Source of the DNA: an uncultured Chlamydiae bacterium
GTDB taxonomy: Bacteria; Chlamydiota; Chlamydiia; Chlamydiales; JAJFMA01
Direction: 5' to 3'
NCBI GenBank assembly: GCA_963713615.1
Contig: CAVQMM010000001.1
Span: 384,001 to 448,000, forward strand
DNA length: 64,000 nucleotides
The position numbers and the translations under genes are program-made. How positions within the stretch are numbered: position 1 is the first letter of the stretch; every line of letters begins with the position of its first letter. Below the pieces are notes generated by a model that was not told where the DNA came from, ran no database searches, and saw nothing but the letters and a program-made list of their open reading frames with translations. Of this stretch, positions 29,309 through 37,805 are shown in pieces.

Positions 29309-31135
29309 ATGTGCTATATGTTTAAAAAATCGCTTTCTTTGTTTGTTTTGTTCGCTCTTACTCTTAGCTTTGCAGGGCTTAAGGCTGAAACCTGTTATTA
29401 CCCAGCGGAAGAGCTCTCACGTGTTTACTCGGATGCCGAATTGGCTGTGCTAGATAGCCAAACGCATGTTGGAAGTATTTCTTTCTCAAAGTCTATCCCC
29501 GAGACACATCAGAAATCTATAAAATATGAATTTTTGAATAGCGTTCAGTCTAAATTAATTAATACTGCAGCTCATGGAAGTGAAAGAGATCTTCTCAATA
29601 TCGTAAATGGGAATGCTGATTTAGACTTCATGACCAGATTTAGTGATGATCCTTTCGAAAATGGATGTACATTACATCAAGCTTGTGTAATCAATTCTTC
29701 AAAAAACTGTGAGTCGCTTTTAAAGAGAGGTCTTAGCAAGCACGAATTTTATCTCAAGGCGCTCGCGGCTGTTTGGGAGTATACACAGGCTGGGGAATAC
29801 CGCGGCTGGACGATCGGCTCTATTGGAGGCAGTCCCTTAGAATTGGCTTCTGTCTTAAGTCGTTCCCTAGAGCAATTCACAGCCAAGTACAATAGTGATT
29901 CACCTGGAGGTAAGAGACTGATTGAGGCTCTCAAAAATGCAGACCTCAAGGATGACCTCTCGGTGAGGTCATCGGGTGCAGCTCTTTTAGCTCGACACCA
30001 AGCAGGCCTGCCAGTGATAGTAAAGACTGGTTATCCTGGTCATTCAGTCTCATTTATCTTATACAAAGACTATTTGATTGTTGGAAATAGAGGTGAAAAT
30101 CATCATCCTCACTACCCCACTGTTATTTACACAATCAATTCGAAAATGTTAACAGCAGCGATCTTTGAAATGATTCAAGGTCTGGATTGGCAGCCATCAA
30201 ATTACTTCGTGGGCTTTGTGGGTGCTCTCCCCCAACTGTTGGGTGCTGCTCCAAACTCAATGAGTGACAGCGTGCGTGAGATTTATCGAGGCGACGAGTG
30301 GCAAAAAGTGGGTAATTGTGCGTTTTCCAGTCTAGAAGCTTCACTGGTTGGCTTGTGGACATTGATGAGCTGGGAGCAGTCCAAAAATCCACATGACTTT
30401 ATAGCCAATATTCGTATGTGGAGAGAATTTACCAAAATGCAACTGCTCAAGGATTACATCGCTGCTTATATGGAAGACATCGATGGACTATGCCCTGCCC
30501 AGCTTAGGATGCTTTTAGCGAGAGCGAAACCTTTGCACACGTTCACAGAGCTTAATTTGCAGATTCAGTCTGAAGGGCAGAAACTTTTAGCGAAAGCGAT
30601 GTATCGTTTTCGTAACCCGAATTGCCCCACTGCAACACCTGAGCCAAAAGCTTCTAAGAAGACCGATCCTACCCCTACCGCTACCCCAAAGACATCTAAG
30701 AAGACAGATCCTACCTCTGAGAACAAAAGGAGCACCACTCCCACTCCCAAAAACTCAAAAAACAAGCCTAGGGAAGTTAAAGAGGTTCGAAAGGACATCA
30801 ATCCTCCGTCATCGTCAAAATTTGATGAAAAAGTAGTAGGGCCAGGTGTTCCTGAGCCTTTGATGCGCCTATTTGCTTCAGGATTGGCATACCTAGGGCA
30901 GTTGAGAGAAAACTTGCCTTCGTACGTCGATATGCGTCAAACCGCGGAAGAGTACCTAGAAGGCTCCTACAGCCGGTTGCAAGAGATTGACGTCTCCTAC
31001 TTGAAGGAAAGGTATGAGCTCCTAAGAAGTTACTCGAAAGAAGATATTATGGATTTGTGGGCAATGATCGTAGAGCGCGGCGGCTTGGGGAGTCAAAAAA
31101 CAGACGAACCAAAAAGCAAAACGAGTCGTCGGTGA
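29309..31135 (+). CDS. Paralog of the previous gene with a K/T/P-rich linker and an extra C-terminal domain
   Basis: Shares YPAEELSR.YSD.ELA.LD; has GHSVSF..GNRG..QKVGNCAFSSLEA. Confidence 0.7.
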   Translation: MCYMFKKSLSLFVLFALTLSFAGLKAETCYYPAEELSRVYSDAELAVLDSQTHVGSISFSKSIPETHQKSIKYEFLNSVQSKLINTAAHGSERDLLNIVNGNADLDFMTRFSDDPFENGCTLHQACVINSSKNCESLLKRGLSKHEFYLKALAAVWEYTQAGEYRGWTIGSIGGSPLELASVLSRSLEQFTAKYNSDSPGGKRLIEALKNADLKDDLSVRSSGAALLARHQAGLPVIVKTGYPGHSVSFILYKDYLIVGNRGENHHPHYPTVIYTINSKMLTAAIFEMIQGLDWQPSNYFVGFVGALPQLLGAAPNSMSDSVREIYRGDEWQKVGNCAFSSLEASLVGLWTLMSWEQSKNPHDFIANIRMWREFTKMQLLKDYIAAYMEDIDGLCPAQLRMLLARAKPLHTFTELNLQIQSEGQKLLAKAMYRFRNPNCPTATPEPKASKKTDPTPTATPKTSKKTDPTSENKRSTTPTPKNSKNKPREVKEVRKDINPPSSSKFDEKVVGPGVPEPLMRLFASGLAYLGQLRENLPSYVDMRQTAEEYLEGSYSRLQEIDVSYLKERYELLRSYSKEDIMDLWAMIVERGGLGSQKTDEPKSKTSRR

Positions 31136-31249
31136 CATAATCCCCCCACAATCACGTCTCGGAGCGTAGCGTTTTTGTGGGGTGCGTGTCGCTTGCGACC
31201 GCACTTCCAAGTAACAGGTATATCGCATGGCTTTGGGCTATGGACGAAC

Positions 31250-31610
31250 TGAGGTAATTGCAAAATTATTTGAGCCCTTGAGAATCGATTCTCGGGAAAA
31301 AAGGTTACCTTTTTTTGTGAGAAGGCGATTCTAGAGAGCTTAAGTGGTATGGCACTATCCAGTCTGGAAAGACAGGCTTTTCTCCCTTCCCAGGCCCGAA
31401 GGGTCGATATTGCAACAGGCCATGGCATCGCCATGGTATATGCCAGGAAGGGATTTCGCAGTCTGAAGGACTGCTACAAGACGCCAGTTTACAAACACCA
31501 TTTATGCATGCGCTTTATGGCAGCCCTACAGGCTGCTAAAACCGTTTTGGCATATACCATGGCGATGCCATGGCCTGTTGCAATATCGACCCTTCGGGCC
31601 TGGGAAGGGA
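31250..31610. repeat. Composite palindromic repeat family C
   Basis: 63-bp perfect IR at 31383-31445 / 31548-31610. About 260 bp is identical to 48947-49205. Confidence 0.9.
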
Positions 31611-31723
31611 ATGACTCTCTCTTCACCGGCATCCGATTTTCAGGAAATTGACTTCGGAAAATCGCTTTCTACAGCTGTTGTGCAACCAGGTGGGGCCGGT
31701 GACAATCGAGCAAGCATCCCACG

Positions 31724-32190
31724 TCTAGGAGGATAGGATGGTACCCACGCCCCACCTATCACGAGGATCTAGGAGCAACACGGATGCACACGGATCTAGG
31801 AGGATTTAGGAGGATAGGATGGTAGCCACGCCCCACCCATCACGAGGATCTAGGAACAACACGGTACGTCCTTAAAAAACTATGGCGCTGGCGCGCCACA
31901 GCTTTTCAATGTTTTTTAAGTTTCTCCTCAGCATCATGATGTTCGTGCTAATGGAATGCAACCCAGGGATCGAAGCAATGGTTCTGGCGGTCCTTCAAAT
32001 TCGGTACCCCCTTCAGATGGCCTATTAAGCGTGAAACAAACGTGTTTTAGGCTTGGATATAACTTTTGGGATTATTTGCAGCGATTGTACCATGGTGATC
32101 CTCCAGATCTTGCTGAACTAGTCCGAAGCCAATATCGAACCTCCTAAATCCTCCTAGATCCGTGTGCATCCGTGTTACTCCTAGATCCGT
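31724..32190. repeat. Family B repeats (tandem ~81-bp units, then an inverted copy) flanking a transposase scrap
   Basis: TAGGAGGATAGGATGGTA.CCACGCCCCACC.ATCACGAGGATCTAGGA occurs twice; inverted unit at 32140-32190. Confidence 0.8.
31956..32147 (+). pseudogene. Probable IS66-like transposase C-terminal remnant
   Basis: LSVKQTCFRLGYNFWDYLQ resembles the IS66-family C-terminal S..QTC...G.N..DYL motif (compare SLVQTCRAIGVNPHEYL in 50175..51719). Confidence 0.5.
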
Positions 32191-34424
32191 GCAGTTTTTG
32201 GCGTCTTGCGGGATTTTATTTTGTTGGCTATCCAGCGTGCGGCTCCTGAGCCTAAAGAGCGTTGGTCATGATGACGTAGGTGGTTCAGAGCTTCGTCATA
32301 TTGTTTCCACTGCTTTCCTCCAGGAGGATCTGCAGCTAATGCCTGAGCCCATTCTTTTGGTCCCCATTCTTTGGGCATTTCTCGATAGTGCTTTTTCATC
32401 ACCTCGAACATGAGAGAAGTTGCTGTCTGATCCTCTAGGCCAGCGGCTTCCAATTGGGGCCACATGGCGATTTCTTTGTTAAGTTGCGCCTTGAAGGCGC
32501 TGTTGAATTGTTCGGTCGAAATATGAGCTTTTTCTAGATACATTGTGCGCAGTTTTTTGACTAAACCAGCCACTGGATAGGCAACCGCTAGGCCACAGTA
32601 ACCGATTCCCATTCCCGTCACGAGAGCTGCAAGGCCCACATGGGGGGCAAATGGGGTGCTAACTATTCCTACAGTCGTCACCACGGCTGACGTTATCGTC
32701 AGTCCATCAGCAGTTAGGCGAACCCCTTCCATAATAGCCTTCGTCTTGGCCTTCTGCTGAATGTAAGGGACTAGAGTAGACTCTAAGGTTGTTGCGGTGG
32801 TTGCGAGCGTTTTTTTTGCATTCAGGCGGCTGACGACTTTTTTAAGAACTTCTTGGGTAGCTGGTGTGGTTGAAGGATCTGCCATTTTTTGTTGCACCAT
32901 CGCTTCTACTTCATCATGTAGAAGAGCCTTTTCTGCTCTTAAGTTCGCGCGTTCCCCTTTGAGTTCTTTGATTTGGTCTTTCTTGAGGTTTCCCGCCAGT
33001 AGTTTTTGGTCTATTGCTTGTATGCCTCTTTCCAGCTCATCGCTACGTGTTTGAACGGCATGAATGTTCAATCTTAGCCCAGACAATGGAGGATGCAGTC
33101 TGACTTCGGGCATATTGAAGATATCATGGAATCCTTCAGCATTGAGGCGCACATTCTCGATGCCTGTTTTGCGAGCTTCACTGGCAAAACGCAGATCTTG
33201 TCTGCACCGAATAAGGTTGCGACGGCAGCCCCAAATCCCCCGCAAGCTAGTGAATACTACCCCGGGAAGCGTCGCTATCGCGAATATCGTTGAAGCCGGC
33301 CCGGCGACGGCTGCTGCGTTTGATGCTAGGTGGGCGGCGTGCGGTAGGGTAACGCCAAGCACTGACTGGGCTGCGCTTATCGCTGGGCTGATCCAGGTAA
33401 TCATGCCGGTTACCGCTTCTGCTACTCGAGCAAGGGAGTATTGAGCTTTAATTAAGTTGGCTACATTTTGTTCGACAATCTCCGCTACTGGAAGCTGTTC
33501 TAAAGCAACCTTAAGCTCTGCCACGGCGGCTTCCATGAGTTCGCGTTCCTTAGCCAGTATTTGGCCCTTTTCACTATGAGGGTCAATGTGAGCTTGTAAG
33601 CCGTCGAGCTCGGCCAAACGTTGCTCGCCTACCTTTAGAAGCTCCTTGATACCCCGTGTTTCTGAAATAACCGAGGCTCCGGTACGCATCCATGCCATGT
33701 TCCAGACGCTGTCGATGATTCCGTGGTAATACACCATCGGCGATAGGAGTACATCGGCGCCGACTCCCCATCCTCGCGCTTCTAGTCCAAGCTTTCCTAT
33801 TTCCCCGAGGAACTTACCCAGCGCGGCCTTGGCTGGATTAAGCTTGCCGGGCGTCAAATCGTGAAGTTCTTTAGAAATACCGGCGATTTGATTTTCTTTC
33901 ACGCTGATCTGCTTATTTAAGGACTGTAGCTCTAAGTAGCTAGCCATTCGTTCCGCGGTAGGCAGCATTGCTTTGGCAGATCGGGCGATGCCCAGGTTCG
34001 CTACCCCTTCTTCTATGAGGGCATGATCGGTGCGTTGCGGTTTGGTAATGCGGCCCTTGAGCTTCTTGGCATCCTTCTTCATTGTAGAGAGCTTCTGTTT
34101 CTTGGTGGCTAGCTCCACCTTAAGTCTTTGCTTGGTAAGACGAGCCGCTTCTTTGTCGGTCAATGGTACTGATGAGTGTATCTTGACTGCGGGTTCATGG
34201 TTATGAACTGGTTCGATGTTAGCCGTTTGATTGGAGGTCGTATGAATGTGCTGAATAGGTATTCTATTGCCAACATTCGCCGTCTCCGTTGTTCCCACCT
34301 GTGGCGCGCTGGTAGAGTCTGCTTTTATGCTGCGGAGTTGTTGTTTTGAACTCACGGGGTTGGTGTTAGTTGATGAATCTGTAGAGATGTGAGGTTGTTT
34401 ATTTACATATCCGTCAGTTTCCAT
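32181..34424 (-). CDS. Coiled-coil protein with two long hydrophobic segments (Inc/translocator-like effector candidate)
   Basis: S/T-rich N-terminus, coiled coils, and a bilobed hydrophobic stretch LTITSAVV...YPVAGLV. Confidence 0.65.
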   Translation of the reverse strand: METDGYVNKQPHISTDSSTNTNPVSSKQQLRSIKADSTSAPQVGTTETANVGNRIPIQHIHTTSNQTANIEPVHNHEPAVKIHSSVPLTDKEAARLTKQRLKVELATKKQKLSTMKKDAKKLKGRITKPQRTDHALIEEGVANLGIARSAKAMLPTAERMASYLELQSLNKQISVKENQIAGISKELHDLTPGKLNPAKAALGKFLGEIGKLGLEARGWGVGADVLLSPMVYYHGIIDSVWNMAWMRTGASVISETRGIKELLKVGEQRLAELDGLQAHIDPHSEKGQILAKERELMEAAVAELKVALEQLPVAEIVEQNVANLIKAQYSLARVAEAVTGMITWISPAISAAQSVLGVTLPHAAHLASNAAAVAGPASTIFAIATLPGVVFTSLRGIWGCRRNLIRCRQDLRFASEARKTGIENVRLNAEGFHDIFNMPEVRLHPPLSGLRLNIHAVQTRSDELERGIQAIDQKLLAGNLKKDQIKELKGERANLRAEKALLHDEVEAMVQQKMADPSTTPATQEVLKKVVSRLNAKKTLATTATTLESTLVPYIQQKAKTKAIMEGVRLTADGLTITSAVVTTVGIVSTPFAPHVGLAALVTGMGIGYCGLAVAYPVAGLVKKLRTMYLEKAHISTEQFNSAFKAQLNKEIAMWPQLEAAGLEDQTATSLMFEVMKKHYREMPKEWGPKEWAQALAADPPGGKQWKQYDEALNHLRHHDQRSLGSGAARWIANKIKSRKTPKTARI

Positions 34425-34471
34425 AATCTAACTTTCTGATGTGTAGTAGTTGAATAGTAAATTGTTAACTC

Positions 34472-34514
34472 ATAATAATATTATATCACCTATATAATAT
34501 TGTATCACCTATTG
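34472..34514 (-). promoter_or_regulatory. Extended -10 promoter (TGaTATAAT) in a short direct repeat; counterpart at about 36750-36775
   Basis: Minus strand ATAGGTGATA(C/T)AATATTAT twice. GTGATATAATATTATTAT occurs upstream of both paralogs. Confidence 0.5.
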
Positions 34515-36725
34515 TTATATTGTTCTATTTGGAGTCTTTCGGGCTTTTATTTTGTCGGCTATCCAGCGTGCGGCGCCTGAGCCTAAAGAGCGTGGGTCAT
34601 GATGACGTAAGTGGTTCAGAGCTTCATCATATTGTTTCCACTGCTTTCCTCCAGGGGGATCTGCAGCTAATGCCTGAGCCCATTCTTTTGGTCCCCATTC
34701 TTTGGGCATTTCTCGATAGTGTTTTTTCATTACCGAGAACATGAGGGAAGTGGCTGTCTGATCCTCTAGGCCAGCGGCTACTAATTGAGGCCATATGGTG
34801 ATTTCTTTGTTAAGTTGAGTTTTGAACTCTTTGTTGAATTGTTCGGTCGAGATATGAGCTTTTCCTAGATACATTGTGCGCAGTTTTTTGACTAAACCAG
34901 CCACGGGATAAGCGACCATCAAGCCGCAGTAGCCGATTCCCATTCCCGTCACTAGAGCCCCAAATCCTACAGGAGGAGCGAAGGGGGTAGAGACAATTCC
35001 CACAGTCGTCACCACGGCTGCCGTTATCGTCAGTCCATCAGCAGTTAAGCGAACCCCCTCCATAATCGCCTTCGTTTTGGTCTTCTGCTGAATGTAAGGA
35101 ACTAGAGTAGATTCTAAGGTGGTTGCGGTGGTTGCAAGAGTGCTTTTTGCATTCAGGCGGCTGACGACTTTTTTAAGAACTTCTTGCGAGGCTGGTGTGG
35201 TTGAGCGATCTGCCATTTTTTTCAGCACCATTTCTTCTACTTCATCATGAAGAAGAGCCTTTTTTGCTCTTAAGTTCGTGCGTTCTGTTTTGAGTTCCTT
35301 GATTTGGTCTTTTTTGAGGTTTCCTTCCAATAGTTTTTGGTCTATTGCTTGTATCGCTTTTTCCAGTTCGGCGCTGCGTGTTTGGACGGAATGGATACCC
35401 AGTCTTAGTGTGGTCAGTGGGATGTGGCTGACGATCTCGGGCATATTGACGATATCGAGGAGTCCTTCAGCATTGAGGCGTACATTCTCGATTCCTGTTT
35501 TACGGGCTTCGCTGGCAAAAGATAAATCTTGTCTGCAGCGAAGAATGTTGCGTCGGCAGCCATAAATACTGCGCACACTAGTAAAGACAACCCCAGGAAG
35601 AGTCGCTATTGCGAATATCATTGATGCAGGCCCAGCTATAGCAGCAGCACTTGATGCTAGGTGGGCGGCGTGGGGTGCGGTAACACCGAGCACAGATTGT
35701 GCTGTATTTATTGCAGGGCTGATCCAAGTAATCAATCCACTCACCGCTTCTGCAACTCGAGCAAGAGAGTATTGGGCTTTAATCAAATTGGAAACGTTTT
35801 GTTCAAGAATCCCGGCAACCGGAAGTTGTTCCAATGCGATCTTAAGCTCTACTATAGCCGCTTCCATTTGTATGCGTTCATCAGCCAGGACTTGACCTTC
35901 TTCACTATGAGGGTCAATGTGAGCTTGTAAGCCGTCGAGCTCCGCCAAGCGTTGTTCACCGATTTTTAAGAGTTCTTTGGTACCTCGCGTTTCCGAGAGA
36001 ATTGAAGATCCAGTACGCATCCATGTCAAGTTCCCGATAAGGTCGATGATACCATGGTAATAGACCATTGGTGTCAGGAAGACATCGGGCCCAACCCCCC
36101 ACCCGCGCGCCTCCTGGCCGACCTTTCCTAGTTCTCGGAAGAACTTGCCAAGGACTGCCTTGGCCGAATCGAGCTTGCCAGGATTCAGCTGGCTGAGTTC
36201 TTTGGAGATGTCGGCGATTTGGCTTTCTTTTACATTGATCCGCTTTTTGAGGACCTGTAGCTCTAAATAGCATGCCATCCGATCTCCGGCAGGCAGCATT
36301 GCCTTAGTAGAATGGGCTATGTTTGGGTTTGCCACCCCCTCCTCCCTGAGAGTACGCACGGTAGGTTGCGGCTTGGTGACCTGGCCCTTAAGCCTCTTGG
36401 CATCCTTCTTCATTGTAGAGAGCTGTTGCTTATTGGCGGCAAGCTCCACATTAAGCCTCTGCTTGGTAGCTCGAACCGCTTTTTTATCCTTGGCCCTATG
36501 ATTATGAACGGATTCGACATTTGTCGTTTGATTGGAGGTCGTATGAACATGCAGAATAGACATGCTACTTTCAATATTCCCCGTCCCCGCTGCTGCAACT
36601 TTTGGAGCGCTGGTAGTATCTGTTTTAATGCTTCGGAGTCGTTGTTTTGAACTCAAAGGGGGGGGGCTAGTTAATGAACCTGGAATATTGAGAGATTGTC
36701 TCTTTACGTAGTTATTAGTTTCCAT
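34515..36725 (-). CDS. Tandem paralog of 32181..34424
   Basis: Colinear and highly similar. The C-terminal MKKHYREMPKEWGPKEWAQALAADPPGGKQWKQYDEALNHLRHHD is identical. Confidence 0.7.
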   Translation of the reverse strand: METNNYVKRQSLNIPGSLTSPPPLSSKQRLRSIKTDTTSAPKVAAAGTGNIESSMSILHVHTTSNQTTNVESVHNHRAKDKKAVRATKQRLNVELAANKQQLSTMKKDAKRLKGQVTKPQPTVRTLREEGVANPNIAHSTKAMLPAGDRMACYLELQVLKKRINVKESQIADISKELSQLNPGKLDSAKAVLGKFFRELGKVGQEARGWGVGPDVFLTPMVYYHGIIDLIGNLTWMRTGSSILSETRGTKELLKIGEQRLAELDGLQAHIDPHSEEGQVLADERIQMEAAIVELKIALEQLPVAGILEQNVSNLIKAQYSLARVAEAVSGLITWISPAINTAQSVLGVTAPHAAHLASSAAAIAGPASMIFAIATLPGVVFTSVRSIYGCRRNILRCRQDLSFASEARKTGIENVRLNAEGLLDIVNMPEIVSHIPLTTLRLGIHSVQTRSAELEKAIQAIDQKLLEGNLKKDQIKELKTERTNLRAKKALLHDEVEEMVLKKMADRSTTPASQEVLKKVVSRLNAKSTLATTATTLESTLVPYIQQKTKTKAIMEGVRLTADGLTITAAVVTTVGIVSTPFAPPVGFGALVTGMGIGYCGLMVAYPVAGLVKKLRTMYLGKAHISTEQFNKEFKTQLNKEITIWPQLVAAGLEDQTATSLMFSVMKKHYREMPKEWGPKEWAQALAADPPGGKQWKQYDEALNHLRHHDPRSLGSGAARWIADKIKARKTPNRTI

Positions 36726-36850
36726 AACCCCTCTTTCTTTAATGCGAATTATAATAATATTATATCACTTATTGTTATATCGTTTGTTAATTATATTTAG
36801 GTAGAAGGGGAGGGTGCTAACACCCATATGCGTTAAGCTAAGAGAATTAG

Positions 36851-36935
36851 GAATTTTCACCGCCGAGGCGCATAGAAGCTCGTGGGGCTTTTTTAGGATT
36901 TTCACCGCCGATAGGAGAGAGAGGAAAAGGAAAGA
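36851..36935. repeat. Purine-rich intergenic repeat family D (TTT.ACCGCCGAGGCGC.GAGATAGGAGAGAG)
   Basis: Also found at 61638-61711 and 63531-63580. Confidence 0.75.
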
Positions 36936-37097
36936 ATGTTCAGTTACTACCGACTCTGGACAAAATCCAGTCTAAGGGTTCCCGCAGGAATGACTCTATT
37001 TCGTTCATTGGTTCGCTGTCATTTTTGGTTGTTTTTTCTCAGTTGCTATGCGATATTCGGAAAGTTCTTCAATCATTGCAGAATTAGTGGGAAAGCA

Positions 37098-37805
37098 ATG
37101 GCTTCTACAAAAATTCGTAAACCTTATGTTTCTCGAGCTTTGCCACCAAAGGCGATTGAATATCACCAGGGGAAGATGGACCTGGTTTTTCGCCCTTTTG
37201 AAGCTTATGATGCGCCAAAATGTCAAAAAGTCCTGAAAGACACTATTCCTTACCTTTACAATTATATGTTATGGCCGAACCAGAAATGGGATCTAAAGGA
37301 CTGCCTTCATTGGGTGGTTGAACGCCACGCGGTGTACTATGCTGGCTCTGAATTTGAGTGGGGAATGTTTGATGCCCGTAACGATGAGCTGCTCGGGGTC
37401 GTTGGCATCATGCCCTGCACACCCTGGAATCCAGATTGCTTTGAAATCGCCTATTGGACGGCTCTTAAACATATGAAGAAGGGGCTGGCAACGGTCGCCA
37501 CACAAGTTGCCACGGCCGTTGCGTTTGAATGCCTAGGGGTCACGCGTATGCAGGCAGGCTGTCTAAAGGAAAATCTTGCGAGCCGACGTGTCATCGAAAA
37601 ATGCGGTTTTGTTTATGAGGGTGAACTCCGAGCGTTTTATCCTCCACCAACAAAGCAGCAGCTCCAAAAAGTTCCCATAGTCGCTAGGGATCTCTTATAT
37701 GCTCTGCTTCCTTCAGACTGCCAGGATCTACCCTGGTATGCATCTACTCTGAAGGCTGTATCGATTGTTCCATTGTGTGGTGACAAATTTCAGCTTTCCT
37801 ACTAA
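37098..37805 (+). CDS. RimJ/RimL-type GNAT N-acetyltransferase
   Basis: FEIAYW...KKGLAT...ENLASRRVIEKCGFVYEG. Start taken at MASTK. Confidence 0.88.
   Translation: MASTKIRKPYVSRALPPKAIEYHQGKMDLVFRPFEAYDAPKCQKVLKDTIPYLYNYMLWPNQKWDLKDCLHWVVERHAVYYAGSEFEWGMFDARNDELLGVVGIMPCTPWNPDCFEIAYWTALKHMKKGLATVATQVATAVAFECLGVTRMQAGCLKENLASRRVIEKCGFVYEGELRAFYPPPTKQQLQKVPIVARDLLYALLPSDCQDLPWYASTLKAVSIVPLCGDKFQLSY

Noticed and set aside
31093..31651. ORFs 31093..31434, 31349..31651 and 48907..49251
   Set aside because: They lie within palindromic repeat family C; their identity reflects the DNA repeat.
36936..37097. Longer start of the GNAT gene
   Set aside because: The extension begins at the edge of repeat D and does not resemble the family; MASTK at 37098 is more plausible.
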